A model generated the notes under the pieces. The model worked only from the letters and a program-made list of their open reading frames with translations, did not search any database and was not told where the DNA came from. Both the position numbers and the translations under genes were made by a program. Of a stretch of DNA of 64,000 nucleotides, positions 1-9,630 are shown one piece after another; positions within the stretch are counted from its first letter, which is position 1; each line of letters starts with the position of its first letter. The stretch covers positions 714 through 64,713 of IMG/VR virus record IMGVR_UViG_3300031998_002794; one strand, given 5' to 3'. Origin of the DNA: a virus. Taxonomy: Duplodnaviria > Caudoviricetes.

Positions 1-19
1 AAAACACTAAGGAGAAATT

Positions 20-640
20 ATGGCAAACAAATACACTAGAATGATTGACGAGATCTTCAAGAAGTGGGATCCTACTGGCACTACCAAGTACATTTATCTT
101 GGCTACTGCCATCAAGGTGATGAAGATGGTGGTTGTGATGAATATGACTACATCTGTGATGATTATTGGGAAATTGAAAATCAGTATCCTTACAAGATGG
201 AAGATGAAATCTGTTTCTTCTATGTTCCTGAAGACCGTCCTAAGTTGACTGATGAAGAAGCAGAAAAGGAAAGAGATGAATACAGAAAGGATTATGGGAA
301 CCTTTGTCATGAGCTTCTCAAATCCTTTGGTAAGGCTCTTGAGGCTGACTATTCAAGCACCAACTGTTATTGGCATCGTCATTACTTCATCACTCGTGAT
401 TACAAGATCATTTCTGATGTCTGCCGCAGTGACGGTGTTGAAGGCGGCGGTCGAGTAGAAGCACACATTGATGCACTCAATGAATTTGATGCAGAGAATG
501 CTGCTGATAAGCAGATACTTGAAAAGATTGAAGACCGCTGCAACAGCCTTTCGTCTCTCTTGAAGAAGATTCAGTATCCGAACAATAAGGCAAAGGCTAT
601 CGCTGAAATTCAGAAGGTCTTAACTGAAGTAGGATCCTAA
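20..640 (+). CDS. hypothetical protein (acidic, Tyr/Cys-rich N-terminus)
   Basis: 206-aa ORF with AAGGAG RBS; stop overlaps the next start (TAATG). Confidence 0.8.
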   Translation: MANKYTRMIDEIFKKWDPTGTTKYIYLGYCHQGDEDGGCDEYDYICDDYWEIENQYPYKMEDEICFFYVPEDRPKLTDEEAEKERDEYRKDYGNLCHELLKSFGKALEADYSSTNCYWHRHYFITRDYKIISDVCRSDGVEGGGRVEAHIDALNEFDAENAADKQILEKIEDRCNSLSSLLKKIQYPNNKAKAIAEIQKVLTEVGS

Positions 641-2394
641 TGGATAAAGAACTTATCAAAAAGCAAGCAACTGCTTGGGCTCAGAAATATCTGGACCCAG
701 CTTTTGCTTTTCGTAAATATCAGCTAGAATCTATTTGCTGTATCATCAGTAATGTCATTGACAATGTTAAGACACAGGTGATGAATGCACCGACAGGCTC
801 TGGCAAGTCGCTTACTGCTATCATTTCAGCCGGCGTCTTGTGGGAGTACTATAAGAAGAAGTCTTACATTCTTGTTTCTGACCTTTCTTTGTTTGAACAG
901 TATGAAAAGGATTTGGCGCGGTATCACCTACCTTGGGGACATCTTAAGGGAAAGGACAACTACATCTGTTCTCGAAATGGCAATGTTGTAAGTTGTGGTG
1001 ACTGCGCTATCAATTTGGTCAGTGCCAGATCTTTGGCTGACCCTGAGTCTGCAGAAAAGGCTGGGTATGACTGTGCTTGTAAATGCGAGTACATTCGTCG
1101 TCGTGCTGAAGCAGTCAATGCTCCAGTGACCGTTATGACATACCAGCTTTATCTCATCCAGATGAACTACGTCAATGAAATGATGACAGAAGAAGAACAG
1201 TCCTTCAAGGAACGTGACTTCTTAATCTGTGATGAAGCGCATAAACTCAATGACATCGTTCAAGGACACTTCGCTCCACGCATTCCAGTTGACGAGCCTG
1301 AGTTCATGAAGACATTGAACGAATATGCGAGAAAGCACGGTCTCGACATCCCCGACTCTAAACAAACAATTCGCATCGCTAATCAGGTTAGAAAGGCTCA
1401 GAATCACGCTCAAATCATTAGCGCTATGCAGAAATACTCTGACCTTCTTTCTGAGTATAACGAAATAAACAATGAGCTCAGAGAAGAAGCAAAGAAGACG
1501 AAAGACAGACGCAAGTTGATGAAGTACTTGTCAGCTGGCAATATGTCAAGAGAATGTAACTGCAAGTTCGGCGATTTTCTTGAACTTATCAAGGAACTTG
1601 GCCCGCAGATTGCAGTAAAGACTGATGGCGAAGATGAGACTATCATAAACTGCACATACGAAGGCGAGATGATTAACAAGTATGTGCATAATCATGCCAA
1701 ATGTGAACTGTTCATGTCCGCTACCTTGGGCAACCTTGCTCTATACCGTGAACTTATCGGTTTGAGGAATGCTCCTAAGGGTCAATACAAAGGACTTGAC
1801 ATTCCGTCTACATTTGACTTCACTAAGTCGCCGATTTTCTATTCTACCAAGAACCCGATGTCCTTTAAAGAAAAGGACCGTTCTATTGGACCTATCTGTT
1901 CACAGATTGAACAGATCTGCGAAATGTTCAAGGGCAGAAGAGGAATCATTCAGACAGGCAATTATGAAAACAGCCAGAAACTGCTTCAGTACTTGCCATC
2001 GTCAGTGAAGAAGCGACTTATCGTCTATTCAACCGCAAAGGAAAAGCAGATTGCCATTGAACGCTTCTTGGCTAATGACGACGCTATCCTTGTTGGTCCG
2101 ACATTGCTTGAAGGTCTTAACTTTGACGGCGATAAATGCAGATTCTCGATATGCATGAAGTTGCCGTATGCTAGCCTTGCTAACAACTTGACTGCAGCGA
2201 AGAAGGATCTTATTGAAAATTGGTATGCAGGTGACTGTGTTGCCAAACTTGAACAAGGCTTTGGACGTGGTGTCCGCTTTGACGGAGACTGGTGCGTCAA
2301 CTACATTCTTGACGGTTGCATCGCTAACCTGATAAGATATTCAGGAGATATGTTCTGTAAGAATACAGTATCTCGACTAAAGCCTATTGCCTAA
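640..2394 (+). CDS. DinG/Rad3-like SF2 helicase with putative Fe-S cluster
   Basis: Walker A APTGSGKS, DEAH box, Cys cluster (C..SCGDC..CACKC), C-terminal EGLNFDGD and QGFGRGVR motifs. Confidence 0.88.
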   Translation: MDKELIKKQATAWAQKYLDPAFAFRKYQLESICCIISNVIDNVKTQVMNAPTGSGKSLTAIISAGVLWEYYKKKSYILVSDLSLFEQYEKDLARYHLPWGHLKGKDNYICSRNGNVVSCGDCAINLVSARSLADPESAEKAGYDCACKCEYIRRRAEAVNAPVTVMTYQLYLIQMNYVNEMMTEEEQSFKERDFLICDEAHKLNDIVQGHFAPRIPVDEPEFMKTLNEYARKHGLDIPDSKQTIRIANQVRKAQNHAQIISAMQKYSDLLSEYNEINNELREEAKKTKDRRKLMKYLSAGNMSRECNCKFGDFLELIKELGPQIAVKTDGEDETIINCTYEGEMINKYVHNHAKCELFMSATLGNLALYRELIGLRNAPKGQYKGLDIPSTFDFTKSPIFYSTKNPMSFKEKDRSIGPICSQIEQICEMFKGRRGIIQTGNYENSQKLLQYLPSSVKKRLIVYSTAKEKQIAIERFLANDDAILVGPTLLEGLNFDGDKCRFSICMKLPYASLANNLTAAKKDLIENWYAGDCVAKLEQGFGRGVRFDGDWCVNYILDGCIANLIRYSGDMFCKNTVSRLKPIA

Positions 2395-2422
2395 CTGCCT
2401 TTTTCTCTGGGTGGCTCCAGTT

Positions 2423-2451
2423 GGCGTCCTCGTCTGAGGACGCCTTTTTTG
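2423..2451 (+). terminator. intrinsic terminator
   Basis: GGCGTCCTC-gtct-GAGGACGCC followed by a T run. Confidence 0.85.
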
Positions 2452-2483
2452 TGTCTCAAATAAATAATTTGAGGTATTAGAAT

Positions 2484-3347
2484 ATGGCAGATAAACCACA
2501 CATTCATTTTAATGATCCTATTCCGCCAGGTGGCAGAAGACCGCCTCATGAGCCTCCTCATGAAAAGCCTAACTACTGCAACAATATAAAGAGCTATAAG
2601 AGAATACAGAATCCGTATCATTTGAAGCAGTACATCAAGCACATGCTTGGTGCTCCAAGAATATGCGTAGAAATTGATGATGAAACTCTTGACTACATCA
2701 TTATGGACGTGGCAGACTGGTTCCAGAAGTACTATCTTAACTATGGTAACTATCACGACTACATGGTCTTGAACTTGAAGCCGGGTATTTCAAAGTATAA
2801 GCTCTGTGACGATCTTGTTTCCGTCGTTGACTTCAAGACGACAAACTGGTTTGGCTCTATCAATGAACTCTTCACAGTTCCACACGCTTTGCTTTATGAC
2901 CAAGTGATGAATATGAATACTTGGCACGGCAATACTTATGGCAACACTGCTGCTTACGGTGACGTTCTTGGCAGCTGGACAGCAACCCTTACTTGGCTTG
3001 CAGAAGCAGACCAGATGTTTGGCGAAAAGTATACGGTTAGATGGAACGAGTTAGAAAATGAACTTGAAGTCATGCCGCAGCCTCAAAAGCCTACTTTCGG
3101 ATTGATGCAGGTCTGGAAGAAACAGAAGGCAGAAAAGATGTTTAACGATCCGTTGTTCCGCAAGATGTGCGTTGCTTATGCAGGCAAGGTTTGGACTAAT
3201 GGATTAAGAAAGTACCAACTCCAGATTGCTGGTGGTGGTTCATTGAATGCAGACTCACTGTTTGCCAGCTATGAAAAAGATTATGACTGGTGCATCGAGC
3301 GAGTTGACCAAGAATCGCCAAATGGACATTGCATGGCGGTTGGGTAG
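2484..3347 (+). CDS. gp13: T4 gp13-like neck protein
   Basis: NPYHLKQYIKHMLGAPRICVEID resembles the gp13 N-terminus (LK.Y..R.LGAP.I.VE); has a Pro/His-rich N-terminal extension. Confidence 0.8.
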   Translation: MADKPHIHFNDPIPPGGRRPPHEPPHEKPNYCNNIKSYKRIQNPYHLKQYIKHMLGAPRICVEIDDETLDYIIMDVADWFQKYYLNYGNYHDYMVLNLKPGISKYKLCDDLVSVVDFKTTNWFGSINELFTVPHALLYDQVMNMNTWHGNTYGNTAAYGDVLGSWTATLTWLAEADQMFGEKYTVRWNELENELEVMPQPQKPTFGLMQVWKKQKAEKMFNDPLFRKMCVAYAGKVWTNGLRKYQLQIAGGGSLNADSLFASYEKDYDWCIERVDQESPNGHCMAVG

Positions 3348-3355
3348 TATAAATA
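3348..3355 (+). promoter_or_regulatory. T4-type late promoter TATAAATA (one of many)
   Basis: Exact TATAAATA here and at 5636, 6276, 9607, 15822, 18751, 30950, 37138, 41561 and 42461; A/G-ATAAATA variants precede many other structural genes; a gp55 homologue is in the window. Confidence 0.85.
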
Positions 3356-3375
3356 ATTTACAAGAGGGATATAAA

Positions 3376-4050
3376 ATGTCTGAACCATTAAAGTTATTGA
3401 ATGAAGATTGCTTGCTTGAGCAGACGGTTGACCAATCATCGCCTGACAAGTTCTTGTATATCACTGGACCGTTCATGGGCGCAGAAAAGCGTAACCGTAA
3501 TGGACGTATCTATAAGAGGGACATCATTGCTCGTGAAGTTGACAAGCTGCAGAAAGCAATTAAGAACCGCGAAGCAGTAGGTGAACTTGAACACCCAGAT
3601 ACCCAGAAGATCAGCTCTGACCGTGCTGCAATTCTTATTACTGACTTGCACATGGACGGTGACTTCGCTATGGGTAAGGCTCGTGTTCTTCCGACACCTT
3701 GTGGTAAGACTCTTGAGGGTCTTATTCGTGGCGGTGTTCACATGGGCGTATCATCTCGTGGTACTGGTTCCCTTGGCAATGACAACATCGTCTGTGAAGA
3801 CTTCAACCTCATCACCATTGATGCGGTATTCATGCCTTCTTGCCCAGATGCTTATGTTGAAGCAGTTAACGAATCTACACAGTGGGTTCTTGACGAGTCA
3901 ACCAACCTTTACATCGAGAAGAAAGTAAAGATTGACGAAGCAAGACAGAATTTCAATAAGAAGATTGACACTTACGGCTCTAAGGCAATTCTTTCCGCTT
4001 TCAGAGGCTACATGGGTGAAATCGCAAAGATTAACGCTAAAATTAAATAG
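3376..4050 (+). CDS. gp21: prohead core protease (gp21-like)
   Basis: GPFMGAEKRNRNGRIY, VGELEHP and GVSSRGTGSL motifs; start placed at ATG 3376, downstream of the late promoter, not at 3247. Confidence 0.93.
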   Translation: MSEPLKLLNEDCLLEQTVDQSSPDKFLYITGPFMGAEKRNRNGRIYKRDIIAREVDKLQKAIKNREAVGELEHPDTQKISSDRAAILITDLHMDGDFAMGKARVLPTPCGKTLEGLIRGGVHMGVSSRGTGSLGNDNIVCEDFNLITIDAVFMPSCPDAYVEAVNESTQWVLDESTNLYIEKKVKIDEARQNFNKKIDTYGSKAILSAFRGYMGEIAKINAKIK

Positions 4051-4058
4051 GAGATATC

Positions 4059-4367
4059 ATGCAAGAGATGGATTTGAATGAGGCACTTGACATCCTCAAG
4101 AAAAACAACGCACAGGTCATCAATGAAACTACATCAGTGACTGCGCCTACATTCATTATGGGCAGCATTGGAGTTGATGCTATTCAGAAATTCATGGAGT
4201 ACATCAAGGACGACATTAAGAGCCAAGCTATTGACCCAGATGAAGGCAATGCGTTCTATGCTAAAATTAATGATGCTCTTGATAACGTTCCCGATAACTT
4301 TGAAGAACAGCTTGGCGAAGCAATTTTTAAGGTTTTAGGCGTTGACCCATACGCTGACGGAGAATAA
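4059..4367 (+). CDS. hypothetical, putative internal head protein (shared leader)
   Basis: GGAG RBS; N-terminus MQEMDLNEALDILKKNNAQVINE. Confidence 0.7.
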   Translation: MQEMDLNEALDILKKNNAQVINETTSVTAPTFIMGSIGVDAIQKFMEYIKDDIKSQAIDPDEGNAFYAKINDALDNVPDNFEEQLGEAIFKVLGVDPYADGE

Positions 4368-4368
4368 A

Positions 4369-4905
4369 ATGAAAGTAAAAGACGCACTCAATATCATTAA
4401 GAAAGCAGGTGGTACCGCTGAACCGCTCAACGAGACCACTTGGACGCCAGGTACTAAAAGTAAGTATGATGGCGGCTATCGTAACATTGTCCCTTATGTT
4501 TCACATGGACTTCCAGCAAAGAAGAAAGGTCCAGGCGTTCGTTGGGCAGGATATACATTTACTGCCAAGCCGACTCCTGATATGAGCTACGTCAGAATTT
4601 TAAAGACCATTGCGGATTTGGGTAATAGCGCCACTAAGCGTGAGATTTATGATCATCTTGGTTGGCAGTATTCTCCGGGTAACCGCAGTGGTATTTTTGT
4701 TGCCTTGCATGACGAAGACCTCGTATCTTATGACAAGTCAACAGGCAAATGGTCAGTCACTGAAAAAGGATTTGACTTCATGAAGGATAATCCTGAGGCA
4801 TTTGCTACAGCAGAAGATAAAGCCGACGATATTCCAGTAAAAGAAGGCGAAGAAGTCGAACAGACATTTATGGACTTTATTAAGGAACAAGGATATGGCA
4901 TCTAA
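4369..4905 (+). CDS. hypothetical with a winged-helix-like central region, putative internal head protein
   Basis: Start MKVKDALNIIKKAGGTAEPLNE; segment ATKREIY...LHDEDLVSYDKSTGKWSVTEKG resembles a wHTH. Confidence 0.65.
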   Translation: MKVKDALNIIKKAGGTAEPLNETTWTPGTKSKYDGGYRNIVPYVSHGLPAKKKGPGVRWAGYTFTAKPTPDMSYVRILKTIADLGNSATKREIYDHLGWQYSPGNRSGIFVALHDEDLVSYDKSTGKWSVTEKGFDFMKDNPEAFATAEDKADDIPVKEGEEVEQTFMDFIKEQGYGI

Positions 4906-5635
4906 TATAGATGAAGGATTGTTTGGCGGCAATAGCTACGACAAGTTTAAGAGTCAAGTAATTGCCACTTTAATCAAACGTTTCGGAATTAAGATCCCAG
5001 CTGGCATGAAGCGTGCTGAGGACTGGATAAGAGATTATTTCGTCGAGAAGTATTCCGTTTGGGACACTGTAATCGCTATGAAAGACAATTTCAGAGAGTA
5101 TGCAACAAACGAATCTACTGAGCTCGATGAAGCAGTCAAGACTTTGGAAGACGCTGGTCTTGTATGCGAAGTTTTCATGAAGGACGATAGAGGCAATGTA
5201 GCTCTTACTGATTTGGTTCAGAAGATCATTGAAAAAGCCGGTCTCGTCTATGACAACGAAGACGCTGTAACATCTGCTGCATACTACATCGCTGACTTCT
5301 ACTCCAAGCAGTCTATGCCAATCAATGGTATGGTGATGTGGGGTTCAAGAGACCTTCAGAAATTCAAGAGAATGTGTGACCAGTCAATTCAGACAGCAAA
5401 TTCAAGTGAAGAAATCAATGCATGCGAGTATAAGGCAGTAACCAATACCCGTTCTATTATGCTTGGCAACCCAGGCAGAAAGGCTCAGTGGATTGAAGAA
5501 ATCAAGGCAGAATATAAGGCTGCATCTGCAGACGCTGCTGAAAAGCGTCGTCAAGCATACCTTGCTTCTGACGAACATAAACACATGAATGACCCAGGTT
5601 GGCGTGGTCCGAATGGAACATGGTCAAACGACTAA
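4895..5635 (+). CDS. hypothetical with an internal copy of the shared leader
   Basis: 246 aa; internal ELDEAVKTLEDAGLVCE at aa 76-92. Confidence 0.7.
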   Translation: MASNIDEGLFGGNSYDKFKSQVIATLIKRFGIKIPAGMKRAEDWIRDYFVEKYSVWDTVIAMKDNFREYATNESTELDEAVKTLEDAGLVCEVFMKDDRGNVALTDLVQKIIEKAGLVYDNEDAVTSAAYYIADFYSKQSMPINGMVMWGSRDLQKFKRMCDQSIQTANSSEEINACEYKAVTNTRSIMLGNPGRKAQWIEEIKAEYKAASADAAEKRRQAYLASDEHKHMNDPGWRGPNGTWSND

Positions 5636-5680
5636 TATAAATACCAAACAGTAAATCAAACCGTTTAAGGAGATGGTGAT

Positions 5681-6154
5681 ATGAATAGAGAAGATGAATT
5701 GTTTATCGCAAAGAAAACCGCTGAGAAGGCTGGTTACAAGGTTACTCTCCCGGGTGCCGCTCCTGCAGAACCTGCACCGGCAGGCGATGGCGCAGCTCCA
5801 GCACCGACTACTCAGGTGCCGAGATTCAGAACAATGAGCCGCAGTGACTATGCAGCTCGTCAGGGTCAGCAACAGGCTGGTTCGCAACGTCCTTCTATGG
5901 CCGACCGATTGGCAACCCTTGCTGCCGCTGCAAAGACTGCAGAAGCACATGGATATCATATTCGCAAGGCTACCCCGGAAGAAATCGCTGCACGTCAGGC
6001 AGCACAGACTCCTACACCTGCAGAACCTGCTCCAGCTCCAGCACCGGCTGCTCCTGCAGAACCGACACCTGCAGCTCCGGCAGCACCAGCAGCACCTGAA
6101 AAGAAGACTAACCCTTACTTGTCAGCAGCTGCTCGTTTCATGCGACAAGACTAA
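5681..6154 (+). CDS. Pro/Ala-rich low-complexity protein
   Basis: TATAAATA at 5636 and AAGGAG RBS; repeated PAEPAP units; duplicated KTAE(K/A)(A/H)GY motif. Confidence 0.7.
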   Translation: MNREDELFIAKKTAEKAGYKVTLPGAAPAEPAPAGDGAAPAPTTQVPRFRTMSRSDYAARQGQQQAGSQRPSMADRLATLAAAAKTAEAHGYHIRKATPEEIAARQAAQTPTPAEPAPAPAPAAPAEPTPAAPAAPAAPEKKTNPYLSAAARFMRQD

Positions 6155-6172
6155 TTAACATTTTTGGCTCCT

Positions 6173-6203
6173 GACCGTGGGACTCGTTCTCACGGTCTTT
6201 TTA
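6173..6203 (+). terminator. intrinsic terminator
   Basis: GACCGTG...CACGGTC followed by TTTTT. Confidence 0.75.
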
Positions 6204-6344
6204 TGTCTATTGACCAAAGGTAAGTTTTTGTGCACTGTTGACATTTCCAGAAACTTTGTTAAATTTATGGTGGAATATAAATAATTCAACCTTATTGGAA
6301 AAGAGTTTTTTGAAGTGAATTTATTAAAGAAAGAGGAACGGTTT

Positions 6345-6410
6345 ATGAGAGTACTTGTATGTGCTTTTTATGTTAAAAATGACAGGTCCCGATGCGCGGT
6401 AGAAAGGTAA
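6345..6410 (+). CDS. possible 21-aa leader peptide MRVLVCAFYVKNDRSRCAVER
   Basis: GAGGA RBS and TATAAATA (6276) upstream; the stop codon lies inside a terminator-like hairpin. Confidence 0.3.
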   Translation: MRVLVCAFYVKNDRSRCAVER

Positions 6411-6440
6411 AAGACTTACCATTGCTACCGTTTTTATTTT
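6397..6440 (+). terminator. terminator-like hairpin in the nrdD leader
   Basis: CGGTAG..GGTAA-aagac-TTACC..CTACCG followed by TTTTTATTTT. Confidence 0.6.
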
Positions 6441-6510
6441 CTATAATGAATGTCGCATAAACACAAAACAACTCTCTATAAAAGTTTATTTACAGTAACA
6501 GAGGAAACAC

Positions 6511-8994
6511 ATGATAACAAACATTATCAAGCGAGATGGTAGAAAGCGCAAGTTTAACGCTGACAAGATCTCGAGAGCTATAACTGCAGCATTTAATGAT
6601 TCTGGTGAAGCTTATGATTCTGCAGTACTTGATGACTTAGTGGACAAGGTAGTTGATAAACTTAACGAATCTGGAAACAAGACTGCAAAGGTAGAAGACA
6701 TCCAGAACACTATTGAACAGACTATTATGGAAAGCGGATTTACCAAGACCGCTAAGCACTATATCCTTTATCGTGAAGAAAGAAACCGTGTAAGAGATAC
6801 CAAATCATCTATCGTCAAGACAATTAAGGAGATTACTGAATCTGACATCAAGTCCTCAAATATCTTGAGAGACAATGCTAATGAATCAGGCGCTACTCCG
6901 GCTGGTGCATACGGCAAGATTGCTTCCGAGACGAATAAGATGTATAACCTGTTGAACAACATCAACAGAAAGTATGCTCAGGAACACAAAGACGGTTACA
7001 TTCATATTCACGACTTAAACCAATATAACCTTACATTCAACTGCTTGTTCGCTCCTGTCGGCAAACTCTTGAAGTCAGGTTTTGACAGTGGTACTGGTTT
7101 TCTTCGTGCACCGAAGTCAATTCAGACAGCAGCTGCTTTGACAGCAGTAATTTTGCAGTTGCAGTCTAATCAGCAGTATGGCGGTATTGCTGATGACAAC
7201 TTGGACTTTGATTTAGCACCGTTCGTCGACCTTTCTTTCAAGAAGAACTTGAAGAAGGAGATTGACCGTTTCTGCAAGTATGAAGGCAGACCAGACGGCG
7301 AAAAAGATATTCTTTATGCACACATTGAAGAATGCTCAATGAACTGGCCTTTGAATAAGCTCTATCAGTACTTCCCAGAATATGCTGTAGATGCTGCTTA
7401 TGACCAGACTGACGACGACACTCATCAGGCTATGGAAGGTCTTATTGGTAACTTGAACTCATTGCAGTCTCGTTCAGGTAACCAAGTTCCGTTTAGCTCA
7501 TTGAACTTCGGTCTTGATACATCAAACTGCGGACGAATGGTTTCAAAGAACTTGATTCGTTCACAGATGGAAGGTCTCGGCGACGGATTGACCGCTATCT
7601 TCCCAATCTTGATTTTCAAGTTGATGAAAGGCTATACAAAAGATGACCGTGACCCGAACTATGACTTGTATCTTTCGTCTATTGAATGTTTGGCTAGACG
7701 ATTCTATCCGAACTTCGTAAGCGTTGACTCATCATTCAACAAACCGTATGTCAAGTATGAAACACAGGAAATTGACTTGCACGGCGTTGGTAGCGTTGAA
7801 GTAAAGCAGCGCGGTGGTTCAACACTTTATGCCTTGAAAGTTGTTGATACTGACTTCTCTGAATGGATTCAGTATGAATATGATGTTGGTCAAGGTGACT
7901 ATTGGGAAGTAGTTGGAATTAAGGACACCAAGCTTCAGCTCCGTAAGCTCATTCCGAATACAACTGTATCCGCTATGGGTTGCAGAACTCGTGTTCTTGG
8001 CAACATCAACGGTGCAGAGCAAACAACTGGCCGTGGTAACTTTGCCTTCCACACAATTAACCTTCCACGCCTCGCTATTGAAGCACATATCGCTTGCGGT
8101 GACGAGACTGAAAGAATCAACAATTTCTTTGAGCGTCTTGATAACATTTTGAACGACACAAAGGGTTCGTTGCTTGACAGATTCTCTCTTATCTGTAACA
8201 AGACATACGAAAACTTCCCGTTCACTATGCAGCAGGGACTTTACCTTACTTCTGATGACAAGCCACATGAAGTCACCGACAAGATCGCAGAAGTAATGAA
8301 GCAGTCAACATTGTCTATTGGTTATGTCGGCGTTGCTGAAGCAATTACCTTGCTTACTGGCAAGACATACGGCGTTGACCACGAAGTTGACAAGTTGGCT
8401 CTCAACATCGTAAAGCGTATCCGCAAGTTTACTGACGAGTGCCAGAAAGAAACTCATTTCAACTGGTCATGCTTCGCTACTCCTGCTGAAGCAACTGCCG
8501 GTAGATTTGCTTGCATAGACAAGAACTTATTTGAGAAGGAAAAGAAGTTGCAGGACGTTGACCTTTACCGTATCTTCGGCAAAGGCTACTATACAAACTC
8601 CCACATGCTCGACTTCTCTATCAAGACAAGCCTTGCTAACAAGATTGCAGTTGAAGCTCCGTTCCACAAGATCACAAATGCGGGTCACATATTCTACTAC
8701 AAGATGAACGGTGACTTGACAAAGAACTTGCCGGCAGTAAAGGCTGTAATTGATGAAATGTATGAAGGAGATCTTGGTTACTTCACGGTAACTATGGACT
8801 CCGATGACTGCCTTGAATGTGGATATCATGGCATCATCAATGACTGTTGCCCTAAGTGCGGTTGCAAGAATGAAGACAAGTTCGTTCGTGTCCGTCGCAT
8901 CACAGGCTACTTGACAGGTTCACCTCGCAAGACTATCTTCAAGTCTTGGAACGACGCTAAACTTGCAGAGCTCAAGGACAGAGGCAACATCTAA
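6511..8994 (+). CDS. nrdD: anaerobic (class III) ribonucleoside-triphosphate reductase with ATP cone
   Basis: N-terminal IIKRDGR ATP cone, MGCRT catalytic Cys, GRGNFAFHTINLP, CxxC..CxxC Zn site, RRITGYL glycyl-radical motif. Confidence 0.97.
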   Translation: MITNIIKRDGRKRKFNADKISRAITAAFNDSGEAYDSAVLDDLVDKVVDKLNESGNKTAKVEDIQNTIEQTIMESGFTKTAKHYILYREERNRVRDTKSSIVKTIKEITESDIKSSNILRDNANESGATPAGAYGKIASETNKMYNLLNNINRKYAQEHKDGYIHIHDLNQYNLTFNCLFAPVGKLLKSGFDSGTGFLRAPKSIQTAAALTAVILQLQSNQQYGGIADDNLDFDLAPFVDLSFKKNLKKEIDRFCKYEGRPDGEKDILYAHIEECSMNWPLNKLYQYFPEYAVDAAYDQTDDDTHQAMEGLIGNLNSLQSRSGNQVPFSSLNFGLDTSNCGRMVSKNLIRSQMEGLGDGLTAIFPILIFKLMKGYTKDDRDPNYDLYLSSIECLARRFYPNFVSVDSSFNKPYVKYETQEIDLHGVGSVEVKQRGGSTLYALKVVDTDFSEWIQYEYDVGQGDYWEVVGIKDTKLQLRKLIPNTTVSAMGCRTRVLGNINGAEQTTGRGNFAFHTINLPRLAIEAHIACGDETERINNFFERLDNILNDTKGSLLDRFSLICNKTYENFPFTMQQGLYLTSDDKPHEVTDKIAEVMKQSTLSIGYVGVAEAITLLTGKTYGVDHEVDKLALNIVKRIRKFTDECQKETHFNWSCFATPAEATAGRFACIDKNLFEKEKKLQDVDLYRIFGKGYYTNSHMLDFSIKTSLANKIAVEAPFHKITNAGHIFYYKMNGDLTKNLPAVKAVIDEMYEGDLGYFTVTMDSDDCLECGYHGIINDCCPKCGCKNEDKFVRVRRITGYLTGSPRKTIFKSWNDAKLAELKDRGNI

Positions 8995-9515
8995 TGAATT
9001 ACGGACAGATTGACACTGAATCAGTGGTTGACGGAGACGGAATGAGGGTTACCCTCTTCGTTTCCGGCTGTCGTAATCACTGCAAAGGCTGCTTTAATCC
9101 TGCCACTTGGAACTTTGACTTCGGTAAAGAATTTACTCCTATTGAGGAGAATGAAATCTTTGAAGCACTGAAACCAAAGTACATTGACGGATTGTCAGTC
9201 GTTGGTGGCGAGCCCTTTGAAGAAGAAAATCAAAGGGACTTGCTTCCTTTCTTGAAGCGTTTTAAGGAAAAGTATCCTGATAAGACGTTATGGATCTTTA
9301 CAGGCTATGTCTATGATAAAGATCTTGTCCCTCTTGGAAAGAAATACATTCCAGGAGTTACTGATGAAATCGTCAAGATGGTTGATGTACTTGTTGATGG
9401 ACCTTTCATTCAGGAGCAGAGAAGCTTGGAATTGAAGTTCAGAGGCAGTGCTAACCAACGTCTTCTTGACCGTGAAACGATTCATTGGTTGCGTTTTGAT
9501 AAAGATGAGCAATAG
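8994..9515 (+). CDS. nrdG: anaerobic RNR activating enzyme (radical SAM)
   Basis: SVVDGDGMRVTLFVSGCRNHCKGCFN (CxxxCxxC), GGEP, FRGSANQR; coupled to nrdD by TAATG. Confidence 0.96.
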   Translation: MNYGQIDTESVVDGDGMRVTLFVSGCRNHCKGCFNPATWNFDFGKEFTPIEENEIFEALKPKYIDGLSVVGGEPFEEENQRDLLPFLKRFKEKYPDKTLWIFTGYVYDKDLVPLGKKYIPGVTDEIVKMVDVLVDGPFIQEQRSLELKFRGSANQRLLDRETIHWLRFDKDEQ

Positions 9516-9541
9516 TCAAGACGTAGGAAAGAAATTAAATT

Positions 9542-9569
9542 TGGGATGGTGCCAACCGTCCCATTTTTA
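9542..9569 (+). terminator. intrinsic terminator after nrdG
   Basis: TGGGATGGT-gcca-ACCGTCCCA followed by TTTTT. Confidence 0.8.
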
Positions 9570-9630
9570 GTTATATTGCTATTGAACATACTTCATAAAC
9601 TACAACTATAAATAAACAAAAGGAGATTCT

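Noticed and set aside
3247-3375. N-terminal extension of the gp21 ORF given in the ORF track
   Set aside because: It overlaps gp13; the late promoter (3348) and the protease homology both point to ATG 3376
6280-6510. Cobalamin riboswitch or NrdR box upstream of nrdD
   Set aside because: The conserved B12-box and the NrdR palindrome are not recognisable
7756-7950. Intein or group I intron in nrdD
   Set aside because: The frame is open, and there is no Cys/Ser1 block A, no HN terminus and no intron P/Q/R/S elements
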